From IMG/VR virus record IMGVR_UViG_3300045988_164075: a stretch of DNA of 64,000 bases; one strand, given 5' to 3'. The translations under genes and the position numbers were made by a program. The notes below the pieces were generated by a model. It did no database searches. It worked only from the letters and a program-made list of their open reading frames with translations, and was not told the DNA's origin. Of the stretch, positions 13,890 to 24,100 are shown piece after piece; the first letter of the stretch is position 1, and every line of letters starts with the position of its first letter. This DNA comes from a virus.

Positions 13890-13953
13890 ATTTATTCTTA
13901 TTAAACTTGTTCTTATTTAAAATTTATCTAAAATAGTCTTAATCTATAAATTA

Positions 13954-13993
13954 ATTGTAACTTCCCCTACACAATTATAGAGGAAGTTACAAT
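13954..13993 (-). terminator. 12-bp hairpin just after the capsid gene stop
   Basis: attgtaacttcc (13954-13965) pairs with ggaagttacaat (13982-13993), 15 nt downstream of TAA 14008-14010. Confidence 0.5.
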
Positions 13994-14007
13994 TTATATT
14001 ATATTAA

Positions 14008-14082
14008 TTAGTCAGAGCTAACTAAAATAAATGAACGATAAGGATTGAATACGCCTACGCCTGCGTCTATGTTATTGTTAAT
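14008..14082 (-). CDS. MCP exon 7 (INNNIDAGVGVFNPYRSFILVSSD, then stop)
   Basis: Open frame directly after the intron 6 P9 hairpin (cattatagtaatataatg, last G at 14083). TAA at 14008-14010. An alternative 3' splice site after G 14067 would need the 5' site at 15200. Confidence 0.5.
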   Translation of the reverse strand: MNNNIDAGVGVFNPYRSFILVSSD

Positions 14083-17000
14083 CATTATATTACTATAATG
14101 TACAGACTATATCTTTAACTTATATATTTAAATATGAAACCTTTAGTTTGTTTTCTGAGTCCTTTAGCAACGTCTCTACATTTTGAAAATTCTTTAGCAC
14201 ACGCTCCTACAGTATCTCATACTTTAATTAGATTATTATTTAAATCGTATTGAGCAATTTTACGGCTTTCTCCAATTTTTAATTTTGGAAGTGATTGATA
14301 CACTTCTTTAGATTTTAAAATGTTATAAATTTCAGAAGGGTCCTTTAAAAAATAGTAACCTTTTGCTGAATTTTTTTTATTTAATGCTGAATATAAATTT
14401 GATTTAGTTATATCAAAAGATTTATATATATCTTCAGTATTTTCTCATTCAGCAATTAAATTTCCTTTTAAATCAAATTGATAAATTGTCGAAAACTTGT
14501 TTATCGTATATTCTTCAATATTTAATTTATCATATCTATTATAAGATCAGAATGAATTTTTGTAACTTCTTTTTTGTTTACAAGCATTATTAAAATTTTG
14601 ATAACTACATCCAAACTTTTCAGCTAAGTCTTTTATTCCAAAATATTCTTCTCAGAATTCGCCATTTAATTTATAACGATATACTGTTTTAAAACAAATC
14701 CCAGGATTAATTCCACCTAAACTAGTATTGTAATTATCTTTTCTTTTAATAAATTCTTTTGTTACAATCTCCTCCTCTTTTTTATATGCATCTAACTCTT
14801 CATTATAAACATATAAAATAGTTCTTCTAAAATTAGAGTATCCATATTTTTTTAGAGCGTATTGAAAAGCTGTTTTTGGATTTTTTAATAAATATCCAAT
14901 TTTAATTCCATTACCAATATATCCGTCAAATATATCTGGATTACTTGTTTTGTGTACCCCAATATAGATTTTTCCGTTAATTAAACACGTTGTACAATAA
15001 ACTATATATTTCATATTATTTAAGTTATCCTCTATTTTCCACTATGTTTAAGTGTACGCTCATTCGAGCTAGTCGTTGAACCTTACTTAGGATTACCTTA
15101 CTAGGCTTATCTTATCTAAGTCTTGGCTGCTGATTGTCCCAAGGGAGTTTCCAGCAATTAAAAGGATTTTTATATTATTATCACTAATAATAGGGACCTA
15201 CGCTGCGTAATTTAAGCCCCAGTTAATATATTTAGAAGCTGCTACAGGAGACGAAACTTGACCGCTTGACGTTCCGTTTTGTCCACCAACACCATTAATC
15301 CAGTTATGAACAATATCACAACCTTTAAATGTAAACATTTGAAGTGCTGGTTTGCCAGTTGCTGCATCTGCCGTTAGATCAAGGAATATACCGTATTTCT
15401 TATCAGGATATTCAAAATCAAACGAACGATCAATCTTAAATGTAATTTGATTCATTTATGTTAACTTATATTTTCATATAAGATCAGACTATATCTTAAT
15501 TTAATATACTATTACCATATATTAAATTCTCCCTATTTCGGAATAAATCCTACTCTACTTGGTTATTTTACAATATCTTTCTTATTGTATATCCTTTCGA
15601 TAGTCGTTGAACGTTTTCTAATAATTAGAACTTCGCTGCTGATTAGCATGTGTAATATTTACATTTAGCCTTCCAGCAATTAAAGGAGTTTTCTTTATAA
15701 TTAAAATATAAAGGAGCAATTATTTACCCGCAAATTCATAAGATTGATATGTTGCACCTAAATCAAGATATCCGTTAGAAGCTTTCGAGAACAAGAATGT
15801 TCCAACAGTCTTCCAATCACGAATCCAAGACGAAAGTGCATTTTGAACTTCATGCCACATCAACGTGTTGCAAATAAAGATATATTTGTTACCCGTTGGT
15901 CTTTCCGATTTAGTAGTCATTTGAGCAAGTACCTTATTAAAGATACGAACATTTAGATGTCCACTAAATACATATTTTCCAGCAAAACGTTCAATTTGGC
16001 TGATGATACCATCGCCAGAAATAATCATATTTGTGTTAACTTATATTTTCATATAAGATCAGACTATATCTTAACTTTATATACTGTTACCGCGTATAAA
16101 GTTCTCCCCGTTTCCATTTGATCAAATGTACTCTACTCATTTATTCATTAAGAGATTTCTTCTTAATTATACTTTCGATAGTCGTTGAACTTCCTTAAAT
16201 AAATTATTTAAGTTTAGCTGCTGATTGTCTTCATCTTTCATGTTCAGAGTTTCCAGCAATTAGAGGAGTTGTTTTAATTAGTTTACTAATTTAGCAGCCC
16301 ATTATTTCTTTAGGTTGCTGTGTTTCGGGATCAAAAATCTTAGGTTTGCCAAATTTATCTACATTAGTTTTACCCCAAAGTAATGCGTTATTACGAGCAA
16401 ACATGTAGGTATCTAAGCAATCTTTTTGTGCAGGATTAAGTTTGTAAACAGGATCGTCTTGCTGACCTTTACCGATTTGGATAAATACATCTTCCATTGC
16501 GGCATATTTAGCAGACCAGCTTACATCTGCACGATGGGTCGAGATAAATGTCCGATGCTTTTCGGTATTCATTATGTTATCTTATAGTTTCCTATAAGTT
16601 CAGACTATATCATTAACTTTCCTTTAATTTAAATATGAAATTTTTACAATGTTTACTTTGGCCTTTTATACAGCGTCGAACGCCTTGTCCATATTGTTGT
16701 ATCGCTTCCGTAATTGAGGAAAATTCTTTAATAAAGTTCCCTTTTAAATCAAATTGTTGTACAATCTGTTTCTGGTTATTTAATTTTAACTGTTTTGCGC
16801 AATCGACTTTTTCTAAATATACCTGAAATCCTTTAAATGTTCTACCTAAACGAATTGCTGAAGATATAGATGAAGAACTTTTAAGTCCAAATTCTCTTGC
16901 ACAAGCTATTGGAGAAGAAAATTCTTTATAAAAAGTTCCATCTAAATTATATAGGTATATTTTACAATTTTTAATTGACTTTGTTTGAGTTAAAGGAAAT

Positions 17001-19020
17001 TTTTCAAAAAATTCTCTAGAATAATATTTACCATTCACAGAATATTTACCTTGTATGGCCCTGTTAATAGTAGTTCTACTTACGGAATACTTTTTTATAA
17101 TATCTGTTACAGAATCATAACTTTTAATAAAATCTAAATTTTCATTAAATTCATAAATACTTCCAGGATTGAAAATATTAAAATCTTGAATGTTTAATTT
17201 AGATGTATAATAGGTTGTTCATAAACTTTTTTGTGAAGTAGATTTAAATTTAACCGCATTTTCAATACTAGTTGTAGAGCAACCAAAACATTCCGCAGCT
17301 TTTTTATACGAACTATAAGAATCAATAAAAGCTCCTTCAAGATCATATTGGTAAATAGTAATAGATTGATCTGGACCTTTTTTTCCTCCAACAATAGCAT
17401 TATATACATACGGTTTTTTTATAAACTCTTCATTTACAATTTTTGATTCTAAAGAAAATGCTTCTTCTGCTGTATCAAATACAGCTAATGTATATCTTCT
17501 AAAAGCGTTAACTCCATACTTATTTATAGCATATTGAAAAGGAGTCTTAGAATTCTTATATGTACTTGGTTGATTAAAATAACAACCGCAACCTAAATAT
17601 CCATCAAATATATCAGGATTTTTTGTTGAGTGAACTCCTATATAGATTTTATTATTTATTGTATTTACTGTAATATATAGAATTGTTTTCATATTTATAC
17701 TTTTATAAAGTTATCTCCCATTTCAGACTGTAGTCTTACTCCCTATTGGGATAGTCGTTGAACCTTATTTAGCATTTCGTCAATGACGCTTATGTAATCT
17801 AAATCTTGGCTGCTGATTACCATATTACTTTTAACTTAGGCTTCCAGCAATTAAAGAGATTATTCGATGTTGCTTACGCAACAAAGGAGCAATACATTTT
17901 TGTTTTACTCTGGTATTTTGTGTAACCTTCCTCCAAGTTACAACTAATTTTCTTACTGTTTCCAATAAGTTTAGACTATATCACCCTCTTTACTTCTATT
18001 ACCGTTATAAAGAGGCTCTCCGTTTCGGTGTTACCCTACTCTACTCACTTCTTCACTTATATATTTCTTATAAGCTATGTTTTCGATAGTCGTTAAGCAC
18101 AATCTCTATATAAGAGATCTTCGCTATGGATTGGCATATCTTATTTATTATAAGACTTAGCTTTCCCATAATTAGAAGAGTTTAATCGAGTAGCTTACGC
18201 TACAAGTGCACAAAGAAGTTTATGCATCTCAGGTTGATAGTTCGTTAAGAAACGCGTATTCATACCAGGCTGACAAGCAGAAAGATCAAGTACTTCACTA
18301 TAATCGTCACCTTGTAATTTACCAACTACTTCCCAATCGTTGTCGCGACGTCTAATCGGACGATTTAGAACAATAACCTGTTGACGAGAACCTTCAATAA
18401 TAAAGGTATCGTTTTTCTGATAGTAGTTTTCAGGGAAATGGAAGATAATATCTGATCCATTTGCGCCATTACCTTCAGGTACAGTTAGGAAGTGTACTCT
18501 TTTAATACGGTTTACATTAATATCCCATTCAACCATGAACGAGTTAATACTTTGAAAAGCATTGGGTCTACCTTTGTCTAGAGTATATACGTTCATTAAT
18601 GCTTCAGTAAGATGCGTAGCAGTATACTGATCATACAATGAAGATACGATACCTAAACGAGCAGGATTTGCCATGCTTGTTGTTATCCTATAAGTTTTTT
18701 ATCTTATAGTTCTTACAATTTACCATCTTGTAAGGTCGGCATACGTTTTCATCTAATAGATGTTGCGTACTCTTGGAGATATTATATTCTTTATAAATAA
18801 AGTTTCAATCTCTATGCTCTACGGTGAATATATATATTATTATATATTTTACCTCGGTGTTGCCGCTGAGAATTAGGACGGTTTCGCCGATTTTACGCAA
18901 TTTTTCAATAAGTATTTCTACCTAAAGGGGCGCTCATCCACCCAAGAACTTCATAAAGTCCTCTGCAGTACGAGTCGAAGCCATTTCGGGACGTACTGTT
19001 GTAAAATTAGATATTCTCAT
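14008..19020 (-). CDS. major capsid protein locus: 7 exons and 6 group I introns, about 494 aa after splicing
   Basis: Five ORF-track fragments (18195-18674, 16291-16572, 15720-16028, 15198-15455 plus small pieces) are separated by non-coding blocks carrying group I P/Q/R/S elements. Exon lengths sum to 1482 nt. The locus lies between an acidic scaffold-like gene and an Ig-domain decoration gene, is TGA-free, and has its own upstream promoter and downstream terminator. The MCP call rests on size, synteny and expression signals. Confidence 0.7.
14083..15209 (-). mobile_element. group I intron 6 of MCP, carrying a homing endonuclease gene
   Basis: Minus-strand P (aattgctggaaac), Q (aatcagcagcc), R (gttcaacgactag, 15070-15081) and S (gatatagtctg, 14103-14113) elements, plus a P9 hairpin with a GTAA loop. 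The 5' boundary is uncertain (15200-15210). Confidence 0.7.
14115..15014 (-). CDS. GIY-YIG homing endonuclease with NUMOD/IENR-type DNA-binding repeats, 299 aa
   Basis: N-terminus KYIVYCTTCLINGKIYIGVH...KYGYSNFRR. Continues through TGA at 14652 and three more. The TAA (14115-14117) abuts the S element. Confidence 0.75.
15210..15452 (-). CDS. MCP exon 6
   Basis: ORF 15198-15455 minus the intron-derived ATG. The frame is closed by TAA immediately upstream of that ATG. Confidence 0.65.
15453..15725 (-). ncRNA. group I intron 5 of MCP (no ORF, 273 nt)
   Basis: P at 15669-15681, Q at 15632-15644, R at 15599-15612 and S at 15482-15495 (all read as reverse complement). P1 pairs gggU-aa with tt-G-ctc. 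P9 is cttatat-GAAA-atataag. The terminal G is the G of the apparent ATG (15453). Confidence 0.75.
15726..16039 (-). CDS. MCP exon 5
   Basis: ORF 15720-16028. The exon ends at ggt (15726-15728) before an in-frame TAA. Its 5' end is either 16039 or 16025. Confidence 0.65.
16040..16292 (-). ncRNA. group I intron 4 of MCP (no ORF, about 255 nt)
   Basis: Same P/Q/R/S family (ccagcaattagagg, gctgctgatt, gatagtcgttgaac, gatcagactatatc on the plus strand). Both boundaries are uncertain (5' site 16293-16312, 3' site 16026 or 16040). Confidence 0.7.
16293..16569 (-). CDS. MCP exon 4
   Basis: ORF 16291-16572 minus the intron-derived ATG. Confidence 0.65.
16570..17906 (-). mobile_element. group I intron 3 of MCP, carrying a homing endonuclease gene
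   Basis: Core elements at 17740-17893 (plus strand gatagtcgttgaac, gctgctgatt, ccagcaattaaag) and S at 16600-16612. P1 pairs gagU-aa with tt-G-ctc, using the same guide sequence as intron 5. Confidence 0.7.
16613..17692 (-). CDS. GIY-YIG homing endonuclease with NUMOD/IENR-type repeats, 359 aa
   Basis: ORFs 17219-17692 (NNKIYIGVH...KYGVNAFRR) and 16613-17038 share a frame and are joined through TGA 17219-17221. The TAA lies next to the S element. Confidence 0.75.
17907..17951 (-). CDS. MCP exon 3, a 15-codon micro-exon (KISCNLEEGYTKYQS)
   Basis: The only open stretch between the end of the intron 2 P9 hairpin (G at 17952) and the intron 3 P1. Keeps exons 2 and 4 in phase. Confidence 0.45.
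17952..18221 (-). ncRNA. group I intron 2 of MCP (no ORF, 270 nt)
   Basis: Variant core (aattatgggaaagc, aatccatagcgaag, cttaacgactatcgaaaac, gatatagtctaaac on the minus strand). P1 pairs tgcaU with Gtgca. P2 is gtagc-GTAA-gctac. P9 is cttattg-GAAA-cagtaag. Confidence 0.65.
18222..18671 (-). CDS. MCP exon 2
   Basis: ORF 18195-18674, trimmed at the proposed splice sites (after cat at 18222, and after the ATG G at 18672). Confidence 0.65.
18672..18939 (-). ncRNA. group I-like intron 1 of MCP (divergent core, 268 nt)
   Basis: GC-richer structured block. P1 pairs gggU with Gccc. Hairpins: cgg-cgaaa-ccg, catc-tatta-gatg flanked by tacg/cgta, cttacaa/ttgtaag, ctataag/cttatag. The tail ends in ...aacaagcATG, like the other introns. 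Confidence 0.5.
18940..19020 (-). CDS. MCP exon 1 (MRISNFTTVRPEMASTRTAEDFMKFLG)
   Basis: ATG at 19020, 45 nt downstream of the scaffold-like gene stop. Runs 27 codons to ggt, followed by the intron P1. Confidence 0.45.
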
Positions 19021-19064
19021 AATTACTTATTAAAAATTTTGTTTAAAAAATATAACTTTTATTC

Positions 19065-20138
19065 TTATCTATAATATTTATCGTATAGATCAGAAAGTGT
19101 TTTAGGTTTTTCAGATTTATCGTTAGCATTAGTTTTATCTACTACTGTTTGACTAGCAGAAGAATTTTTATTACTTTTTGCTGTACGACGTTCCTGTTTT
19201 AAAATATCTTTCCAATATTCGCTAATATTTGAAATAGCATCTTGTCCAAAAAGTCTATACCATGCTAGTTCAACTAAAACTTTTGGATCATTTAAATCTT
19301 TAAAAAACTGACTATATCCATTAGTATCTTGTTCTAGTAAATAAGATAATATTTTAGATTTTTCATCATCTTCAATAACCAAAACATCACTTTCTGGATC
19401 TTTATAATCAAAAGATATTTCTTTAAAATTAGAAACAGATTCAGTTAAAGCAGAACGAAGTTGATTATATTCCTCTTCTTCTCTTCTTTGTGCTTCTAAG
19501 GCAGCTTCTTTCTCTTTTTCCTTATAGTCATTTCGAATAATCTCAACTTTCTTTTTAAATAAATCTTCATTCTCCTTTGCTTTATCTAATTCATACTTTA
19601 ATTCTTCATCTGACATACTAGTATATCTTGCTTTTAAATCTGCAAAGTATAATTCATCATCAGAATATGAATCTACATCGTAGTGTTGTTCTGGAGCATT
19701 ATTATTTAATGAAGCTTTATATTCTTCAACAGCAGTCTGTTTAAAATAATCTATTGCTTGTTCTAGTGTAACTCCATTATTTCTAAGCCACTGTACAGTG
19801 TTTATTTCTGATTCAGATAAATCAGGAGTAGAAAGTTCTTTGAGAATTGTTAACTGTTCTTTTCCGCTTAAAGAATTAAAATCTACTTCTTGAATTTCTC
19901 CATCTTCTGTTTCATATTTAATCTTTGAAACATCTTCAATACCTTTCTCTTTTAAGAATTCTTCAATAGGATTAATATCTACTTCTTCATTTGAATCACT
20001 ATTACTTTGATTCTCTAATTCAGGTTGACTAATCTCTCCTGTCTCAGTTGTACTAGATCCTTCTACCTCAACTTGCTCAGTTGTAGTAGTTTTATTATCT
20101 TCTAGTAAACTATCAAATAAATTTGGTAATTCTGCCAT
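19065..20138 (-). CDS. acidic coiled-coil protein, scaffold-like (357 aa from ATG 20138)
   Basis: ORF 19065-20168 (the track start is a GTG; MAELPNLFDS... from ATG 20138 is more likely). Very Glu/Asp-rich and immediately upstream of the MCP. Confidence 0.7.
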   Translation of the reverse strand: MAELPNLFDSLLEDNKTTTTEQVEVEGSSTTETGEISQPELENQSNSDSNEEVDINPIEEFLKEKGIEDVSKIKYETEDGEIQEVDFNSLSGKEQLTILKELSTPDLSESEINTVQWLRNNGVTLEQAIDYFKQTAVEEYKASLNNNAPEQHYDVDSYSDDELYFADLKARYTSMSDEELKYELDKAKENEDLFKKKVEIIRNDYKEKEKEAALEAQRREEEEYNQLRSALTESVSNFKEISFDYKDPESDVLVIEDDEKSKILSYLLEQDTNGYSQFFKDLNDPKVLVELAWYRLFGQDAISNISEYWKDILKQERRTAKSNKNSSASQTVVDKTNANDKSEKPKTLSDLYDKYYR

Positions 20139-20167
20139 TAACTTATTGTTTCTTATTATTAATTTCA

Positions 20168-20198
20168 CAAAATTAGACTTTTAAAAACTAAAATCAAA
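20168..20198 (-). promoter_or_regulatory. Bacteroidota-type sigma-A promoter (-33 TTTG / -7 TAnnTTTG)
   Basis: The minus strand reads TTTG (20198-20195), a 19-nt spacer, then TAATTTTG (20175-20168), about 30 nt upstream of ATG 20138. Confidence 0.45.
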
Positions 20199-20249
20199 AG
20201 TAAATATTATTGTTTTTTTGACATTAATTTTAAAAAAGATTTTATGAAA

Positions 20250-20858
20250 TTACTTCTTGTTTTTTGTATCTATAATCTCTATAAATTTTGATTCTTTTTG
20301 TGAACTATATATATTGGAATTTACTACTGTAATTTCGCCTACAATATGTTTTCTTTGAAATCACCTTAGCGGTCAACACTTCTTAGGTTTAATTGTTTCT
20401 TTTTTATAATGAGAAATAATATAATTCTCGTTTATAAATTTAGGAGAAACTACTATTTCCGAAGGATACTTTAATTTTAGATTAAGAGAATAATATGGAT
20501 CAATTAAAGTAGTATCAATATTTACTCCTTTTTGAAATACAGTATCAACAAGTCTAATAGTATCAGTTTTTGTTATTTCTACTTTTTGATATGCTAAAAA
20601 TTGAATAGTTTTTGCCTTGATTTTGTTATCTTGAATGACACTATCCATTTTTTTCATAATAGAATCTTGTTGGTATTCAAATTGATCTAAAGTTAATTGT
20701 AAAATTCTATTCTCTCCATTTTTAGCAAGTAACTCAGTTTTATAATTACTTTCAGCAATACTATAAGCTTCTTTATTTTTTTGATTACTATGATATAATC
20801 AAACAATTATAAGAATTAGTATAGTATAAATACCTATATTAATCAGAATTTTTTTCAC
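20250..20858 (-). CDS. membrane-anchored protein, 202 aa (GTG start, in-frame TGA)
   Basis: VKKILINIGIYTILILIIVWLYH... forms an N-terminal TM segment. ORF 20373-20657 extends both ways through TGA (20373). TAA at 20250-20252. Confidence 0.5.
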
Positions 20859-21177
20859 TCAAATCTTTAATTTTAACAATTAATGAGATCATACTTAGTT
20901 CAATCAATTTATTTTCATCATAATAATTGATTGTTTTATTTAATATATCAATTTGTTCTTTAGTGAACGTTATTTCTTTATCGATAGCGGTTTTAGTATT
21001 TCACGATATGTTTCCGTTATCTAGGGTTTTTAACTCAAATTTACTAATCTCATCTTCATCAAAACTCATTTTCTTAATTATATGCTCAACAGACATCATC
21101 TCAATTAAATTACCTTGTTTAATTGCTGTTTTAATCATTTGAGGTAAAAGAATTCTTTCTACTATATTAAATTTCAT
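20839..21177 (-). CDS. hypothetical protein, 112 aa (one in-frame TGA)
   Basis: ATG 21177. Hand translation MKFNIVERILLPQMIKTAIKQGN... runs to TAA 20839-20841. Confidence 0.5.
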
Positions 21178-21193
21178 ATTAGTCCTTATTATT

Positions 21194-24100
21194 TTAAATA
21201 GAGCCGTATATTACAAAATCTAACTCTTGATATATTCTAGCTCCATCTGTTTTATTAATTTGAAATATACATGTATTATTATATTTTTTTACTACCCGAC
21301 AAATCACATCATTAATATCCATACCTCTATTTGGATCAGTAACTCAATACTCATAAGGAACAGGAGTTAAACTAATAGCATAATTAGTATGTCCTATATT
21401 GTGGTATATATATCCAAATCAGTTATTAGTTTGATTAACATCAGGATTTGATGCGTATTGATACTGTACACTCTGTACTTCTATATTAGGAGCTGAACTA
21501 TATTTTGTTAGAGTACAACTAAAAGGATCTGATAATATACTTGTAGGTATAGAAATATGTCCTGAATATAATACAGCACTTGTGTTAGTTTCTCCGTTAC
21601 TTAATGATCATGGACGGGTAGTTAAATTTGCTAATGGATTATATGTATATATTAATAATTGCGCTGTGTTTGCGGGAATAGTTAAAGTAGGAGAATCAAC
21701 AGTAAATATCCCTACATAGATAGATACAGAACCTGTGCTAACTGGTTTATATATAGTAATGTTTTTCCCAATATATTTATCGTTAGCAGCAGGTAATACA
21801 ATATTTAACTCAGAACTAGTAGGTTTTGCAATTAAATTTATTTTTTCATCTATATAATATATTTGAGATGTTTCATCTAATATAGTAATATCCTCAAACA
21901 AAGCAGTTCTCGATTTAATACTGCCAGCGCTATTTCAATATAAATTTCCAAATCCAATTGAACCTACTCCTTCATCATCACTTTGAATACCATAGATATA
22001 ATTACTCGTATAAGTTTTTGTATATACAGTAGATTGGGATGCAGCAGGCCCACTTTTTTTAGTTACTTTTATTTGAACTTCTTGAGCAGGCATATAATCT
22101 AGTACATTTGATTTCCAATCTTTAAATGTCAACCCTCCATCAATACTGTATTGACTTTGATATGTAAAACTATAATAAAGTGTAGAAGGAATACCTGAAT
22201 TTCAAGTAGTTTTACTATATATTTCTACTCCATATATTGGAATTACTTCCATTTCGTTCCCAATAGCATAACATAAATCTGAAGCTCCTACTGTAGGAAA
22301 TCGATCAGATCAATTATTTCGATCTTTAGAAAATAGTCATGCTGATCTATTTCCTATATGCATAGATATATCTGAAATAACAGCTCCAGACATTGTTCAT
22401 GTAATATGCCCATTTGCTAATGAACCTCCTCCATCTTCATAAAATTTGGTCGATCCGTTTCCAAATTTAGCAGAACCAATATTATTTAGTTCAATTCTAT
22501 ATGAACCGTCGCTGTTTGGGCCAAGTTTAATATCTCCGTTAAGAATAATTAAACCTTCATTACTTCCTCCATCTAAATAAAGTGTACCTTCTTTATTTCA
22601 ATAAATATGTCCTTGCGCTAAGTATCCAGATCCATCATTATTTAATAATATTCCAACTTTTCTATTAGAATTTGCATATGAACCAAGAGCAATACACCCA
22701 TCCTTAATATATAAACCGCCACTATTATTTTGAGCAAACTCCTCGATTTGACCTAATATTGTTGTAGCTTCTGAAACATAATCTGGATTATAATCTCCTT
22801 TAATAAAAATTCCCATTCCAGACATTCTACCAAATACCTCATCATAAGCTAACCCATCTAATCTACCTAAACGTATTTTTATATTAGAATTATTTACATA
22901 GGGTTCATCAGTAATATCTTCGTTATAATCGTTTTTACTATAAGAATAATTAGTATTATCAATTACATCAATGTAAGGAGCCTTATAATCTGCTGAAGTC
23001 ATATAAACTGCTCCACGCCGATCAGGATGAATAACATTATCAATTCGAACAAAAGTATCTCCTTCTTCAATTACTCCATTACTTTTACTAGATAATTTAA
23101 TAAATACAGTTTTATTCTCTACACGAGTAACGACTCCTTCGATATTATAAATATTATATCCTACAGTTTTTTGTAATCTAATAACATCGTTAACTCAAAA
23201 TACAGTTAAATTTGAAGAAGTCTCATCTTTCATAGTACATCTAACAATGTTATCATCAAAGTTTTCAATTACTCCATCAATATTGTAAAAACTATTATAC
23301 AATGTATCTAAAAAATTAAGTATACTTAATTCTCCATATTGCGTAGGATATAATTCTTTAGTTTTGTTTCATAAAATTTCATTTGTAATAATTCCTTCAG
23401 GAGTTCTTCCTGTTAATAATGTTGTAGCATTATCAACCTGTGTTTTATTGTTAATATCAATTGGTATATATGGCTGATTTGAATAATCAGGTATAAATAT
23501 ATTATATCATTCTTCTAATGTATGTCACTCATTATCTAATGTTCCAAAGTTATAATCATTTTGTATAGAATCAACAATTGTATAGGATCAAGTGTTTGCA
23601 TCATCGCCTGAATTAATTGTAGGAGAAAATTTATATTCTACTATAGCACTGTCTGAGACTCAAAAAGATCCATTAGTACATTTAATTCGATTAATAATAT
23701 ACTCATAAACACGCATTGCTTTACGTACGTTGATATAATCAATATCTAATGTACTATTAGCAAAATCTAATATTGTATCATTTAAAGTATTTTTATTATT
23801 TGTACTCTTTAAAACATTATCAATAAATAAGATATTTTTAATAGTTCAATTTCCAGAGATAGATTCGTTTTCTGCTTTTTTAGCAAATTTATCATCAGTA
23901 TATCCATTTAAATACTGCGCATTTAAATTCTCTACTAATTGTTTAGAGTTAATAATAAATGGAGGTTCAGTAGTAGTTAGAATTTTAATTGAATTTTTTA
24001 CAGTTAAATCTTCAATTTCTCAAGAACTACCAGTTTGTTTTACGGTATAAGGTCTATACTCTCCATTGACTGTAATATAGAATCCCCCATCTAGTGTAAG

